DNA from: Gammaproteobacteria bacterium
GTDB taxonomy: Bacteria; Pseudomonadota; Gammaproteobacteria; CBDBBL01
Assembly: GCA_965203125.1 (NCBI GenBank)
Contig: CBDBBL010000018.1
Coordinates: 90,806 to 154,805 of the forward strand
Reading direction: 5' to 3'
DNA: 64,000 nt
Part shown: one piece after another, positions 55,815 to 64,000 of the stretch
How the letters are laid out: every line of letters begins with the position of its first letter
Position numbering within the stretch: the stretch's first letter is position 1
Made by a program: the position numbers and the translations under genes
The notes under the pieces: generated by a model
Told to the model about the DNA's origin: nothing
What the model saw: only the letters and a program-made list of their open reading frames with translations
Database searches by the model: none

Positions 55815-55827
55815 ACTCGCAAGCTTA

Positions 55828-56157
55828 CTAACCTTTCAACAAGCTCAAATCTTTGACTGCAATGGTATGACGCTTGCGATATAACGTAACAATAATTGCT
55901 AACCCAATCGCTGACTCAGCAGCGGCTACTGTTAAAATAAAGAAGACAAAAATTTGCCCCATAATTTGATGTAATGACGCTGAAAAGGCAATAAAGTTTA
56001 AGTTCACTGCCAATAACATCAGTTCAATACACATCAACACACGTATCAAGTTTTCACGATTCAACAAAATCCCCGCTAAACTGATCACAAAAACAAGACT
56101 ACTTACAATCAGGTAAGCATTGATCGTTAGTGGTGCATTCAACCATTGATTCATCAT
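55828..56157 (-). CDS. nuoK: NADH-quinone oxidoreductase subunit K
   Basis: 109 aa, 3 TM; [19 protein letters not shown]. Confidence 0.93.
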   Translation of the reverse strand: MMNQWLNAPLTINAYLIVSSLVFVISLAGILLNRENLIRVLMCIELMLLAVNLNFIAFSASLHQIMGQIFVFFILTVAAAESAIGLAIIVTLYRKRHTIAVKDLSLLKG

Positions 56158-56159
56158 AT

Positions 56160-56756
56160 TTATGGCTCCATATCCACTAAAGTTAAATGATCTTTTTTAT
56201 TCGCTTTTAACTGCTCGCTAATTTGCTGTGATTTACGCTTTCTTGCGCCACGAAAAGTCACACTAATCGCAGCAATCATAGCCACCAATAAAATCACTGC
56301 CGCCAGCTCAAAGGCTAAAACATACTGTGTATATAAAACATGCCCTATCGCCTGTGTATTACTATGGTGAACAGCAATTTCTGTAAAAATATTTTGCTTA
56401 ACTGCAAAATGGCTATGAGAGAAAACACCCAGTAAAATCCCAAAAATCAAAGCACACACCAATAGCACCACTGGCAAAGAAGCTGACCATTTTCTCGATG
56501 ATTCCTGACTACCTCCCATACTCATCATCATGACAACAAATAAAAACAATGTCATCACTGCACCCACGTAAACAAAAATCAATGCCAACCCTAAAAATTC
56601 AGCTTGTAATAATATCCACAGCACACTAGAGGCAAAAAAACAAAGCACTAAAAATAGAGCAGACTGCACTGCATGGCGACTAAACACAACCATAAAAGCA
56701 GCTACAATCAGAACGCTTGAAAATGTATAAAAAACGAGATTGGTAACATTTAACAT
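56160..56756 (-). CDS. nuoJ: NADH-quinone oxidoreductase subunit J
   Basis: 198 aa, 5 TM; position between nuoI and nuoK. Confidence 0.9.
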   Translation of the reverse strand: MLNVTNLVFYTFSSVLIVAAFMVVFSRHAVQSALFLVLCFFASSVLWILLQAEFLGLALIFVYVGAVMTLFLFVVMMMSMGGSQESSRKWSASLPVVLLVCALIFGILLGVFSHSHFAVKQNIFTEIAVHHSNTQAIGHVLYTQYVLAFELAAVILLVAMIAAISVTFRGARKRKSQQISEQLKANKKDHLTLVDMEP

Positions 56757-56778
56757 ATACTCACACTACCTTACTACC

Positions 56779-57270
56779 TTAACGATACTTTGCATCTATT
56801 TGATGATTTGCAGCAATCTTTGCTTCATAACGATCTCCAATTGCCAACAACTTTTCTTTAGTAAAAATATTCTCACCTCGATTTTCTAAGTGATAGTGAC
56901 TTTCATCAGTCAAGACAATGGAATCAACAGGACAGGCTTCCTCACAAAAACCACAATTAATACATTTGAAAACATCAATATCATATCGTGTTGTCCGTCG
57001 TGTACCATCATCAGCACGTGGTTCAGCTTCGATAAAAATTGCCTGGGCAGGACAAACTGCTTCACATAATTTACAACCAATACAACGCTCTTCACCATTC
57101 GGATAACGTCTCAACGCTAACATACCACGAAACCGAGGAGAAACAGGGGTTTCTTCTTCAGGGTACTGAACGGTTACTTTTGGCTTAAAGAAGTACTTCA
57201 ACGTAATACGCAGACCTTGAAATAATTCAAATAAAGTGAAACTTTTAATCCATTTTTTTATTGTATTCAT
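56779..57270 (-). CDS. nuoI: NADH-quinone oxidoreductase subunit I
   Basis: 163 aa; two 4Fe-4S motifs [12 protein letters not shown] and [12 protein letters not shown]. Confidence 0.96.
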   Translation of the reverse strand: MNTIKKWIKSFTLFELFQGLRITLKYFFKPKVTVQYPEEETPVSPRFRGMLALRRYPNGEERCIGCKLCEAVCPAQAIFIEAEPRADDGTRRTTRYDIDVFKCINCGFCEEACPVDSIVLTDESHYHLENRGENIFTKEKLLAIGDRYEAKIAANHQIDAKYR

Positions 57271-57286
57271 AGTGATATCTTAACCC

Positions 57287-57465
57287 AGAAATATACACGA
57301 AATAAGTTCCACAATTGATCGCTTAAAATGTATTCATTTTTAAATTTTTTGCAATCAAAAAATCCGCGCAATAGCTGGCTATTTCTGTGGTTTTTCTCAA
57401 TTAAAAAATTCAAAACTAAACTCATTTTATGCACCAATTGCAGAACTTATTTCGTGTATATTTCT
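57287..57465. mobile_element. MITE-like element, family D (179 bp), overlapping the 3' end of nuoH
   Basis: Perfect 23-bp TIRs agaaatatacacgaaataagttc / gaacttatttcgtgtatatttct; central gcaatagctggctattt core. Confidence 0.85.
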
Positions 57466-58488
57466 AAACCACGGCGCTAAATGAAACTGAATCATCAATG
57501 TGACCACTACCAACCACACTAAGGTTACTGGAATGAGAACTTTCCACCCTAAGTGCATAATCTGATCATAACGATAACGCGGAAATGTAGCGCGAATCCA
57601 CAAGTAAATAAACAAAAATAGTCCTGTCTTCAAAACCAACCAAACAAATCCGGGCACAAATGAAAACAATACACCTAAGACAGGCACGTTGGTGAACGGA
57701 GATAACCAACCACCTAAGAACAATAATGCTGCAAGCATAGATACCAAAATCATACAGGCATACTCTGCCAAAAAGAAAACTGCAAACATAATTCCAGAAT
57801 ACTCAACATGGAACCCAGCGACAATCTCAGACTCACCCTCTGCCATATCAAATGGTGCGCGATTAGTTTCTGCCACCGCAGAGATCCAGTAAACAACAAA
57901 TAGAGGAAATAACGGCAACCAGAACCAATGAAGGAACCCACCTTGCTGTGCTAATACAATATGAGATAAATTCATACTACCAGCAGCCATCAGCACACCT
58001 ACTAATGCAAAGCCCATCGCAATCTCATAAGAAATGGTTTGTGCAGCCGCTCTCATTGCACCAAAAAATGCATATTTTGAATTAGATGCCCACCCTGCAA
58101 TTAATGTGCCATACACCCCCAAAGAAGTCATCGCAAACAAGTATAAAACACCTGCATTAATATTGGAAAGCACCACCCCTTTTGAGAATGGAACAACTGC
58201 CCATGCTGCTAATGCAGGAGCAATCGTCAATACTGGCGCAACAATAAATAAATAATGATTGGATGCCTTAGGCACAATCAACTCTTTAAAAAACAACTTG
58301 AGTCCATCTGCCAGAGGCTGTAACAAACCCTTAAAGCCAACGCGGTTCGGTCCTATACGCGACTGCATATAACCAATCACTTTTCTCTCGGCAAGGGTTA
58401 ATAACGCCACACACACCATCAATGGCACAACAATGCCAAGAATTTTAACTATAATCCAAATTAAATCCCACAACGCTGCTAGCGTCAT
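57427..58488 (-). CDS. nuoH: NADH-quinone oxidoreductase subunit H (last 12 codons and stop encoded by the MITE)
   Basis: 353 aa; [33 protein letters not shown] motifs. Confidence 0.95.
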   Translation of the reverse strand: MTLAALWDLIWIIVKILGIVVPLMVCVALLTLAERKVIGYMQSRIGPNRVGFKGLLQPLADGLKLFFKELIVPKASNHYLFIVAPVLTIAPALAAWAVVPFSKGVVLSNINAGVLYLFAMTSLGVYGTLIAGWASNSKYAFFGAMRAAAQTISYEIAMGFALVGVLMAAGSMNLSHIVLAQQGGFLHWFWLPLFPLFVVYWISAVAETNRAPFDMAEGESEIVAGFHVEYSGIMFAVFFLAEYACMILVSMLAALLFLGGWLSPFTNVPVLGVLFSFVPGFVWLVLKTGLFLFIYLWIRATFPRYRYDQIMHLGWKVLIPVTLVWLVVVTLMIQFHLAPWFRNIHEISSAIGA

Positions 58489-58847
58489 ACCAACGACCTC
58501 TTGCTAATTTCTAGCCTATTCATTTGCGCCACATTATATACTCATCACACATGAAGATACAGGATTTTAGTATCATACTTTTTGCAAAATATCAGTTCGA
58601 AAGCTTTTGCAACAATGGTGCGAGCACTAAAACTCTCAAACATAATTTTGATAAAAACTATTGAGTTACCTTCCTCTAAATACAATAAGCAGATACTCAC
58701 CACAGACGAAAATGCCGAGTTTTTAGTAAACAACAGAAACTCATCCTCAATTCGCATTGCATCAAATTAAATGACACTATCTAGGGTCTGTTGCCTCATT
58801 TAAAATCACACTACTTGATTGAGTTTGTGTGTACTAAGGAGGCGCTG

Positions 58848-59237
58848 ATGGCAAAGCTGATGAGTCTACAAGCTCGGGAGAAAATGTTAGAAAGCATTAA
58901 AGAAAAATATCACTCTGGTGACTGGAAAACAAAGCATAAATTGATTGATGGCTTTGTAGCAACAACTCGATATGAGCATAAGCATGCTATTAAACTGCTT
59001 AATCGAAAGAAAGCTACAATAACAGAAGATTCCAAACATCACGGCAAAAGAGCTACTCGAGAAACTGATGAAAAAATATCCTAGACAGTTTTACGAAGGT
59101 CATATTAGAACATTGCAAAGGAGGCTTAGTGAGCTACGCAAAGAAATTGACCAAAGGGAGCTAAAGTATCAGCAGCTGATGATAAGCAAGAAATTCATGA
59201 CAACCAACCCTGTTGAAGGTATCTTAATGAGTGATCC
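58848..59237 (+). pseudogene. Degraded transposase (N-terminal and C-terminal pieces in different frames, core deleted), truncated by IS3
   Basis: MAKLMSLQAREKMLESIKEKY..LIDGFVATTRYEHKHAIKLLN and ..GHIRTLQRRLSELRKEI resemble the ends of integrase-core transposases (family not resolved). Confidence 0.5.
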
Positions 59238-60141
59238 TGCCCCCCAAAATGGGACATGAAAGTCACGCGACTTTATCAATCTGAATAATACGTTCAAATT
59301 GATCTGGAGTCACGTAATTAATGGCGCTATGACGCCTACGCGTATTAAAATAGGCTTCAATATACTCAAAGATGGATGATCTAGCTTGCTCCCTAGTGAC
59401 ATAATTTTCTTGGTAAACAAGCTCCACCTTTAAAGAATGGAAGAAGCTTTCACACGCAGCATTATCATAGCAGCAACCTTTAGCACTCATAGAAGATATC
59501 AACCCATGTCGCTCTAGCTTTAGGCACTAAACCCATTACTTGCATACGTTTACTCACTGTTTGGCGCTTGATCGGGAATGCATGGTCATCTTTCATTTCT
59601 TCCATAATTCTGGTTGAGCCGTAACGCCCTTTATGTTCAGCAAAGATCTTCATTATCAGGTGATCTGCTTTCTGATAATGCTTGTCTCTAGCGCTATAGG
59701 GATTGCGCAAACAACGATAGTAGGATGATGTGCTCACGTTTAACATCTGTGCCATCAGGTCTACACGACAGGCATGACGATTGTTTTTAATGAATGCGTA
59801 TTTCACAGCTTTTCGCTCGCAAAATACGCTGCCGCCTTTTTTAGTATGTCTCGCTCCTGCTCCGTGCGCTTCAGTGCTTTTCGCAGTCGTTTGACCTCTG
59901 ACTCTAGGGATTTGATTTTACTTTTCCCTGCCTGTGTGCTTGCTGTTTCTGGCATTGTTTTTTTCACCCATGCGTATAATGTCTTGTAATGAATACCTAA
60001 GTTCTTAGCTAATTTGCTGATAGGCTCATCTGATTCCAACGCCAGTTTAACGCTTTCTGTTTTAAATTCCTCGCTGTATGTTTGATATCGACTCATTTTG
60101 GTTCTCCTGTTCTATTTTTTGGAGTCCCATTTCGGGGTACA
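59238..60141 (-). mobile_element. IS3-family insertion sequence with internal deletion in orfB (904 bp)
   Basis: IRs tgccccccaaaatgggac (59238) and reverse complement of the other end tgtaccccgaaatgggac (15/18 match), TG..CA ends; orfA 59803..60096; orfB N-part 59480..59806 and C-part 59263..59502 (..SMSAKGCCYDNAACESFF..) with the DDE core missing. Confidence 0.85.
59836..59842 (-). promoter_or_regulatory. IS3 programmed -1 frameshift heptamer A AAA AAG at the orfA/orfB overlap
   Basis: orfA frame CTA AAA AAG GCG; -1 frame reads ..KKGGSVFCERKAVKYAFIKNN.. joining orfB. Confidence 0.7.
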
Positions 60142-60233
60142 AGATCATTTGAGTATTGGTACTGGTATTGGTGGATATGATCATGGTCAGAGCATGACAT
60201 AAGCTAAGCTTTGGTCAATAAGGGTTGAGAGGG

Positions 60234-60497
60234 TTAATGATAGCGACATCCAATTTGACAGTGTTGTTTAACCAGTTCTTTGTGGAGTTGGATCGCTCCT
60301 GTTACATTGAACTGTTGTATTAAGTGATGCTGAATCGATTGAGCATGCTGGGTATCGATCTCCATCGATTTTGCGATAATGGCTAAATTCTTCTCGGAAA
60401 GGAAATGCCATAAAAAATGACTTTGTTTGGCTGAGAGTTGGATGCTGGACTTGTCGATGATGGCATAGAATCTGTGATGTTGAGGTTGTGAGGGCAT
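60234..60497 (-). CDS. Small degenerate LuxR/GerE-type HTH protein (87 aa from ATG 60497)
   Basis: LSAKQSHFLWHFLSEKNLAIIAKSMEIDTQHAQSIQHHLIQQFNV fits the LS-x-(R/K)-(E/Q)..IA..(L/M)-x-I...V..H...I..K spacing; GGAG 8 nt upstream. Confidence 0.5.
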   Translation of the reverse strand: MPSQPQHHRFYAIIDKSSIQLSAKQSHFLWHFLSEKNLAIIAKSMEIDTQHAQSIQHHLIQQFNVTGAIQLHKELVKQHCQIGCRYH

Positions 60498-60679
60498 GCT
60501 GATTCTCCGAGTTGTGTGTTGATTGACGACCTCCACCCCGTCTATCGATTCTATTTATAGTGACATTCGTTGTTTGAATTGTGACAATTGCCTGGAAAGA
60601 CCCAAAACATGTCAGAAATCTCCTTATTCAGGTTCCGTTTGTACTTTGGCGAGGACGACGGAACTTGAGTTTTTATCGT

Positions 60680-61066
60680 TTAACCTGCTGTTTTTAAATG
60701 CTTTAATTGATCTCTATTGATTAAATCATTTACACCGCAACTCCACGCTACTTGTTTTAAATCTTTCAGTTTTGGCTGACTAAATTTTATTTTCACATTA
60801 TTTAGATAATACTCCACTGTTCGCTCTGATAATGACAGTTGCTTTCCTGTGTCTTTCATGCTCTTTCCTCTCATTACTAATAACAAACATTCTGCCTCTC
60901 TACGTGTTAGATGGATTTCTCTGCTTGCCATTTTTACGGGAAACAGCCCTTGCTCAGTTCTACAATAACGCCCACCTACTTTGTGAGCTATTTGATCCAA
61001 ATCAGCTTGTGATTCTTGCTTGTAATGTCCAGCTTCTACTGCTTTTACTAAATTATTCCAATACAT
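60680..61066 (-). CDS. LuxR/GerE-family transcriptional regulator (128 aa)
   Basis: LTRREAECLLLVMRGKSMKDTGKQLSLSERTVEYYLNNVKIKF; AAAGGAG RBS. Confidence 0.8.
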   Translation of the reverse strand: MYWNNLVKAVEAGHYKQESQADLDQIAHKVGGRYCRTEQGLFPVKMASREIHLTRREAECLLLVMRGKSMKDTGKQLSLSERTVEYYLNNVKIKFSQPKLKDLKQVAWSCGVNDLINRDQLKHLKTAG

Positions 61067-61116
61067 CTTTTGCTCCTTTTTGATTGCAATTTTTTAATCT
61101 CGTTTTCATAACTTGC

Positions 61117-61287
61117 TTAACTACCCATTGATTCCACTAACTGATATGCTAATCGACACTCATTCTGATATCTTACTGACCCTACATACTCACCAGCTCT
61201 GACTTTCTCCACTGCACCCAATACCACTGCGATGCTCTCGCTACTGCTGACTCCATGCTGTTGTAGCCACTTCATTTCTGTTCTCAT
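61117..61287 (-). CDS. Small ORF (56 aa) heading the LuxR gene string
   Basis: Below the ORF-track cutoff; MRTEMKWLQQHGVSSSESIAVVLGAVEKVRAGEYVGSVRYQNECRLAYQLVESMGS; AGGTGA RBS 5 nt upstream of ATG 61287. Confidence 0.35.
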   Translation of the reverse strand: MRTEMKWLQQHGVSSSESIAVVLGAVEKVRAGEYVGSVRYQNECRLAYQLVESMGS

Positions 61288-61638
61288 TTTTTCACCTGTT
61301 ACACTTGTGTATTATTTAGGTTGGACACGCTGTTCATTCTTTGGCTATTCCTTCTGCCTATATCATCCTTGCTCGCAACGTATCCAACGGTTTGTTGCTC
61401 CTTTCCCTGTTCATGCTCTTCTCACAGATTTGCAATGTGTGTAGTAAAACGTATGTGAAGATTTTTATAAATAGCATAATATATCTAAATAAATAGCATT
61501 GTTATTTTGTATCATGAATTCCATGTGTAAAAAATGATATATAAAAATATCTAGTTAAAATTGAGTTATAAAATTGCATCATCTTTAATGATGGGGTAAG
61601 GTGATATAAAATAAAGATTAGTAGTGGCTGTATCTATT

Positions 61639-63039
61639 ATGAAAAAAATACATCAAGAAAAAGTAGAACGCCTTTTTTGGAAAGATATTAGAAGCCAAGT
61701 GATGCAAGTAAATCCTGAGATTACAAAAATTATCGATGACATAGATCCTAGTGAAAATTTTCCTTTATACCGAGTTCGTTATTCATATGGGGATTTGATT
61801 GTTGATAAAGGTAAATTTAATCTTCCAAGCGCTGATGGCGAGATGATTGCAATTGATGACCCTTTAATTAGCAATTTATTACAAGAAGATTTGGGATATC
61901 CTGATAATGGGCAACCATCAGGGATTGTACTTAAAAATTCAATTCAAGAATCTTTAGTTTGCGGAGAAGAGTTGCTTCCGCTTTCTGTTGCCAAAGCAGG
62001 TAGTATTTGTGCATTATGGCATGAATTAGATATTGTCATGTCTTATCACCCAATAAAAATATTTAGTGTTACTGCAGGTGCCAATGCCATTTACATGCTC
62101 CCAAATATTGGTAATCACTTGAAACATAAAAAACTAAAGAGTCGTTACAATTTCATGGAAACCACTCCGAAAAGCCTTCAAGAACACTGGAGCCTCTTTA
62201 AGTCGATTGCAAAATACTCAGCCCGTAACGGAGATGGTTGGGAGGTGGAAATGCTGTTTTTCTCTAAGCATTGGATCACAAAAGTAAAGCAAGCACTCAA
62301 AAATAAAAAAGATTCTTCTTGGTTAGCCTTATATACATTTTTTATCGAAAGGGTGTGGAAAAGTTCCGCTGTAGAAAGAAACCAGATTTTCTACGATTAT
62401 GCGTTATCTCTTGCTCAAAGACAAAAACATTTGAAGCCAAATCCATATTTGACTGATACTGCTAAATATTTACTATTGATTGGGTTAGGTGTGGCTGTTG
62501 GTTTCGGTGCAGCAGTTGATGAGGAGCTATGTCCAACAAGCACAATTCAACAAGCATATTTAGAGAGCTATCATCTAGAGTCTGCTCCAATCATACTCGT
62601 ACCTAAACACTTCTCTTTGCTTGATGAGCTTGATAATTCTCCTGTTTACTACTCTTTACAAATGCCAACAACTTTCTTCTTTTCACCTAAATCACGCAAG
62701 CTATCAACCACCCTAGAAGACTTAGACGAAATTAAACATATACTCAATACGTTCTTAGCAGAAATACGTAAGAAGAATTTAGGTGTTGAAGGTACAGTGA
62801 TGGAAACGTTAGCGAATAATGTGAAATTTGAATACTTTCACACTAAACCAGAAATGAATGAAGATATTCAGTATGCGGGCAACATTCCAAATCTTGATCA
62901 AGACATACAATATGTTTTAAACAAATTTCAGCCTCATGGTTTTCCCTATACTGGTAGTTTTTCCCGAGGTTGTATTCGTTTGACAAAAAATAATAAAATC
63001 AACGACTATGAAGATAAAGCAACCGAGCCTACTGTATAG
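61639..63039 (+). CDS. Conserved protein of unknown function, family copy 2 (466 aa from ATG 61639; ORF-track start GTG 61624)
   Basis: Paralog of 23622..24953: VMQVNPEITKIIDDI, EMLFFSKHW, YYSLQMPT, SRGCIRL. Confidence 0.75.
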   Translation: MKKIHQEKVERLFWKDIRSQVMQVNPEITKIIDDIDPSENFPLYRVRYSYGDLIVDKGKFNLPSADGEMIAIDDPLISNLLQEDLGYPDNGQPSGIVLKNSIQESLVCGEELLPLSVAKAGSICALWHELDIVMSYHPIKIFSVTAGANAIYMLPNIGNHLKHKKLKSRYNFMETTPKSLQEHWSLFKSIAKYSARNGDGWEVEMLFFSKHWITKVKQALKNKKDSSWLALYTFFIERVWKSSAVERNQIFYDYALSLAQRQKHLKPNPYLTDTAKYLLLIGLGVAVGFGAAVDEELCPTSTIQQAYLESYHLESAPIILVPKHFSLLDELDNSPVYYSLQMPTTFFFSPKSRKLSTTLEDLDEIKHILNTFLAEIRKKNLGVEGTVMETLANNVKFEYFHTKPEMNEDIQYAGNIPNLDQDIQYVLNKFQPHGFPYTGSFSRGCIRLTKNNKINDYEDKATEPTV

Positions 63040-64000
63040 CCTCTCAGCATCGAATGTTTGGGAGCGCTATGCTTATTACACATTAAGTGCGTTAATAGTT
63101 TTATACCTAACTACTCAGCAACACTTCTCAGATGCTAATGCCTATCAATTATTCGGTGTGTTTTCTGCTTTAGTTTTTCTCACTCCATTAATTGGTGGTT
63201 ATGTCGCAGATAATATCATCGGTATTAATAATTCAATCCTACTGGGTGTTACTCTGCTTTGCGCTGGATACACAGGGCTTGCTCTCTTACCAGTTAACAC
63301 CATTCATTTATCGCTTGCCTTAATTATAACGGGTAGTGGTTTTTACATGCCTAATATTGCCAGCATTATCGGTGAACTTTATGAGAAAAATGACTCTAGG
63401 CGAGACGGTGGTTTCTCTATCTTTTATGCTGGCATCAATATTGGCGCATTTCTAGCCCCACTTTGCACTCCCTTTCTCATTCATTTGATAGGTTGGAAAC
63501 TAACCTTTCTTACATCAGCAATCGCCATATTATTCAACATCATCATCATTTTCACCATTAGAAAGAAACACCCTAGTTTAGGCAACACTGTTTCAATTTC
63601 TAATGGATTAAATACATTTTTGAAAAAGCTGGCGCTGACCATTATTATAACTTCAGCAGTATTTATATTATGCGATTATTCTCTACACTACGCTAAAGTT
63701 GCTAATATACTTCTCATCGTTCTCGGTGGTGGTTTTATTGCTTATGTCATCATGAGAATGATGCAACTGCCTCAAGAACAAAGCAGACCTCTGTTAATTT
63801 GTTTGTTTCTTACCATTGTCTCTATTGTGTTTTGGATGATCAGCGAACAAGCTGGGCTATCTATGACAATATTTGTTAAATACAATGTTGATAGATCACT
63901 ACATCACTGGGTTATTCCTGTCCAATTCTTTAGGTCACTTAATCCCATGTTTATCGTTCTACTTGCCCCCATCGTTTCTAAAATGTGGATAGGTTTAGAT
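63008..64000 (+). CDS. Proton-dependent oligopeptide transporter (POT/PTR2 family), N-terminal 331 codons; runs off the right edge
   Basis: Manual translation MKIKQPSLLYSLSASNVWERYAYYTLSALIVLYL..PLIGGYVADNIIG..FYMPNIASIIGELY..FYAGINIGAF; overlaps the upstream gene by 32 nt. Confidence 0.85.
   Translation, partial: MKIKQPSLLYSLSASNVWERYAYYTLSALIVLYLTTQQHFSDANAYQLFGVFSALVFLTPLIGGYVADNIIGINNSILLGVTLLCAGYTGLALLPVNTIHLSLALIITGSGFYMPNIASIIGELYEKNDSRRDGGFSIFYAGINIGAFLAPLCTPFLIHLIGWKLTFLTSAIAILFNIIIIFTIRKKHPSLGNTVSISNGLNTFLKKLALTIIITSAVFILCDYSLHYAKVANILLIVLGGGFIAYVIMRMMQLPQEQSRPLLICLFLTIVSIVFWMISEQAGLSMTIFVKYNVDRSLHHWVIPVQFFRSLNPMFIVLLAPIVSKMWIGLD

Overview
The window is an AT-rich gammaproteobacterial chromosome segment. 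Gene content and order suggest a host-associated Legionellales/Coxiellaceae-like organism, but that is inference only because no search was possible.

Backbone. It consists of housekeeping operons:
- rpoH-ftsX-ftsE-ftsY, rsmD, an APC permease, queC and an RRM RNA-binding protein
- the complete atpIBEFHAGDC operon, an EVE-domain protein, thiamine pyrophosphokinase and spmAB
- a short pilB-like gene plus pilC, and dnaX-ybaB-recR
- ispH-lspA-ileS-(ATPase)-ribF-murJ, rpsT, obg-rpmA-rplU facing ispB, and ftsB-eno-nif3
- nuoH to nuoN

Erosion and invasion of the backbone:
- ileS is split by a 150-bp stop-filled segment.
- eno carries a 1-nt frameshift.
- An aldehyde dehydrogenase gene has lost its middle.
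- The nuo operon is cut upstream of nuoH by an IS graveyard (a degraded transposase plus an internally deleted IS3).
- Two IS6 remnants are present.
- At least eight copies of four related MITE-like palindromic elements are present. Two of them now encode the C-termini of ftsE and nuoH.

Accessory content and best candidates for undescribed biology:
1. A Panacea/DUF4065-type antitoxin gene overlaps a novel two-TM gene by 1 nt. The pair sits between nuoK and nuoL.
2. A two-locus family of about 450-aa proteins of unknown function (23622-24953 and 61639-63039). One copy is next to two tandem SAM-methyltransferase-like paralogs. The other is translationally coupled to a POT peptide transporter and lies beside small LuxR-type regulators.
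3. A 55-aa basic ORF coupled to a nucleoside-deoxyribosyltransferase/TIR-like protein.
4. An ORC/Cdc6-like AAA+ ATPase that replaces the core of the aldehyde dehydrogenase gene.
5. An AAA+/DUF4143 nuclease-like ATPase wedged into the ribF-ileS operon behind twin palindromic operators.
6. A formyltransferase-primed NRPS module at the left edge.

No rRNA, tRNA or CRISPR array was found. All family assignments rest on motif recognition by eye.
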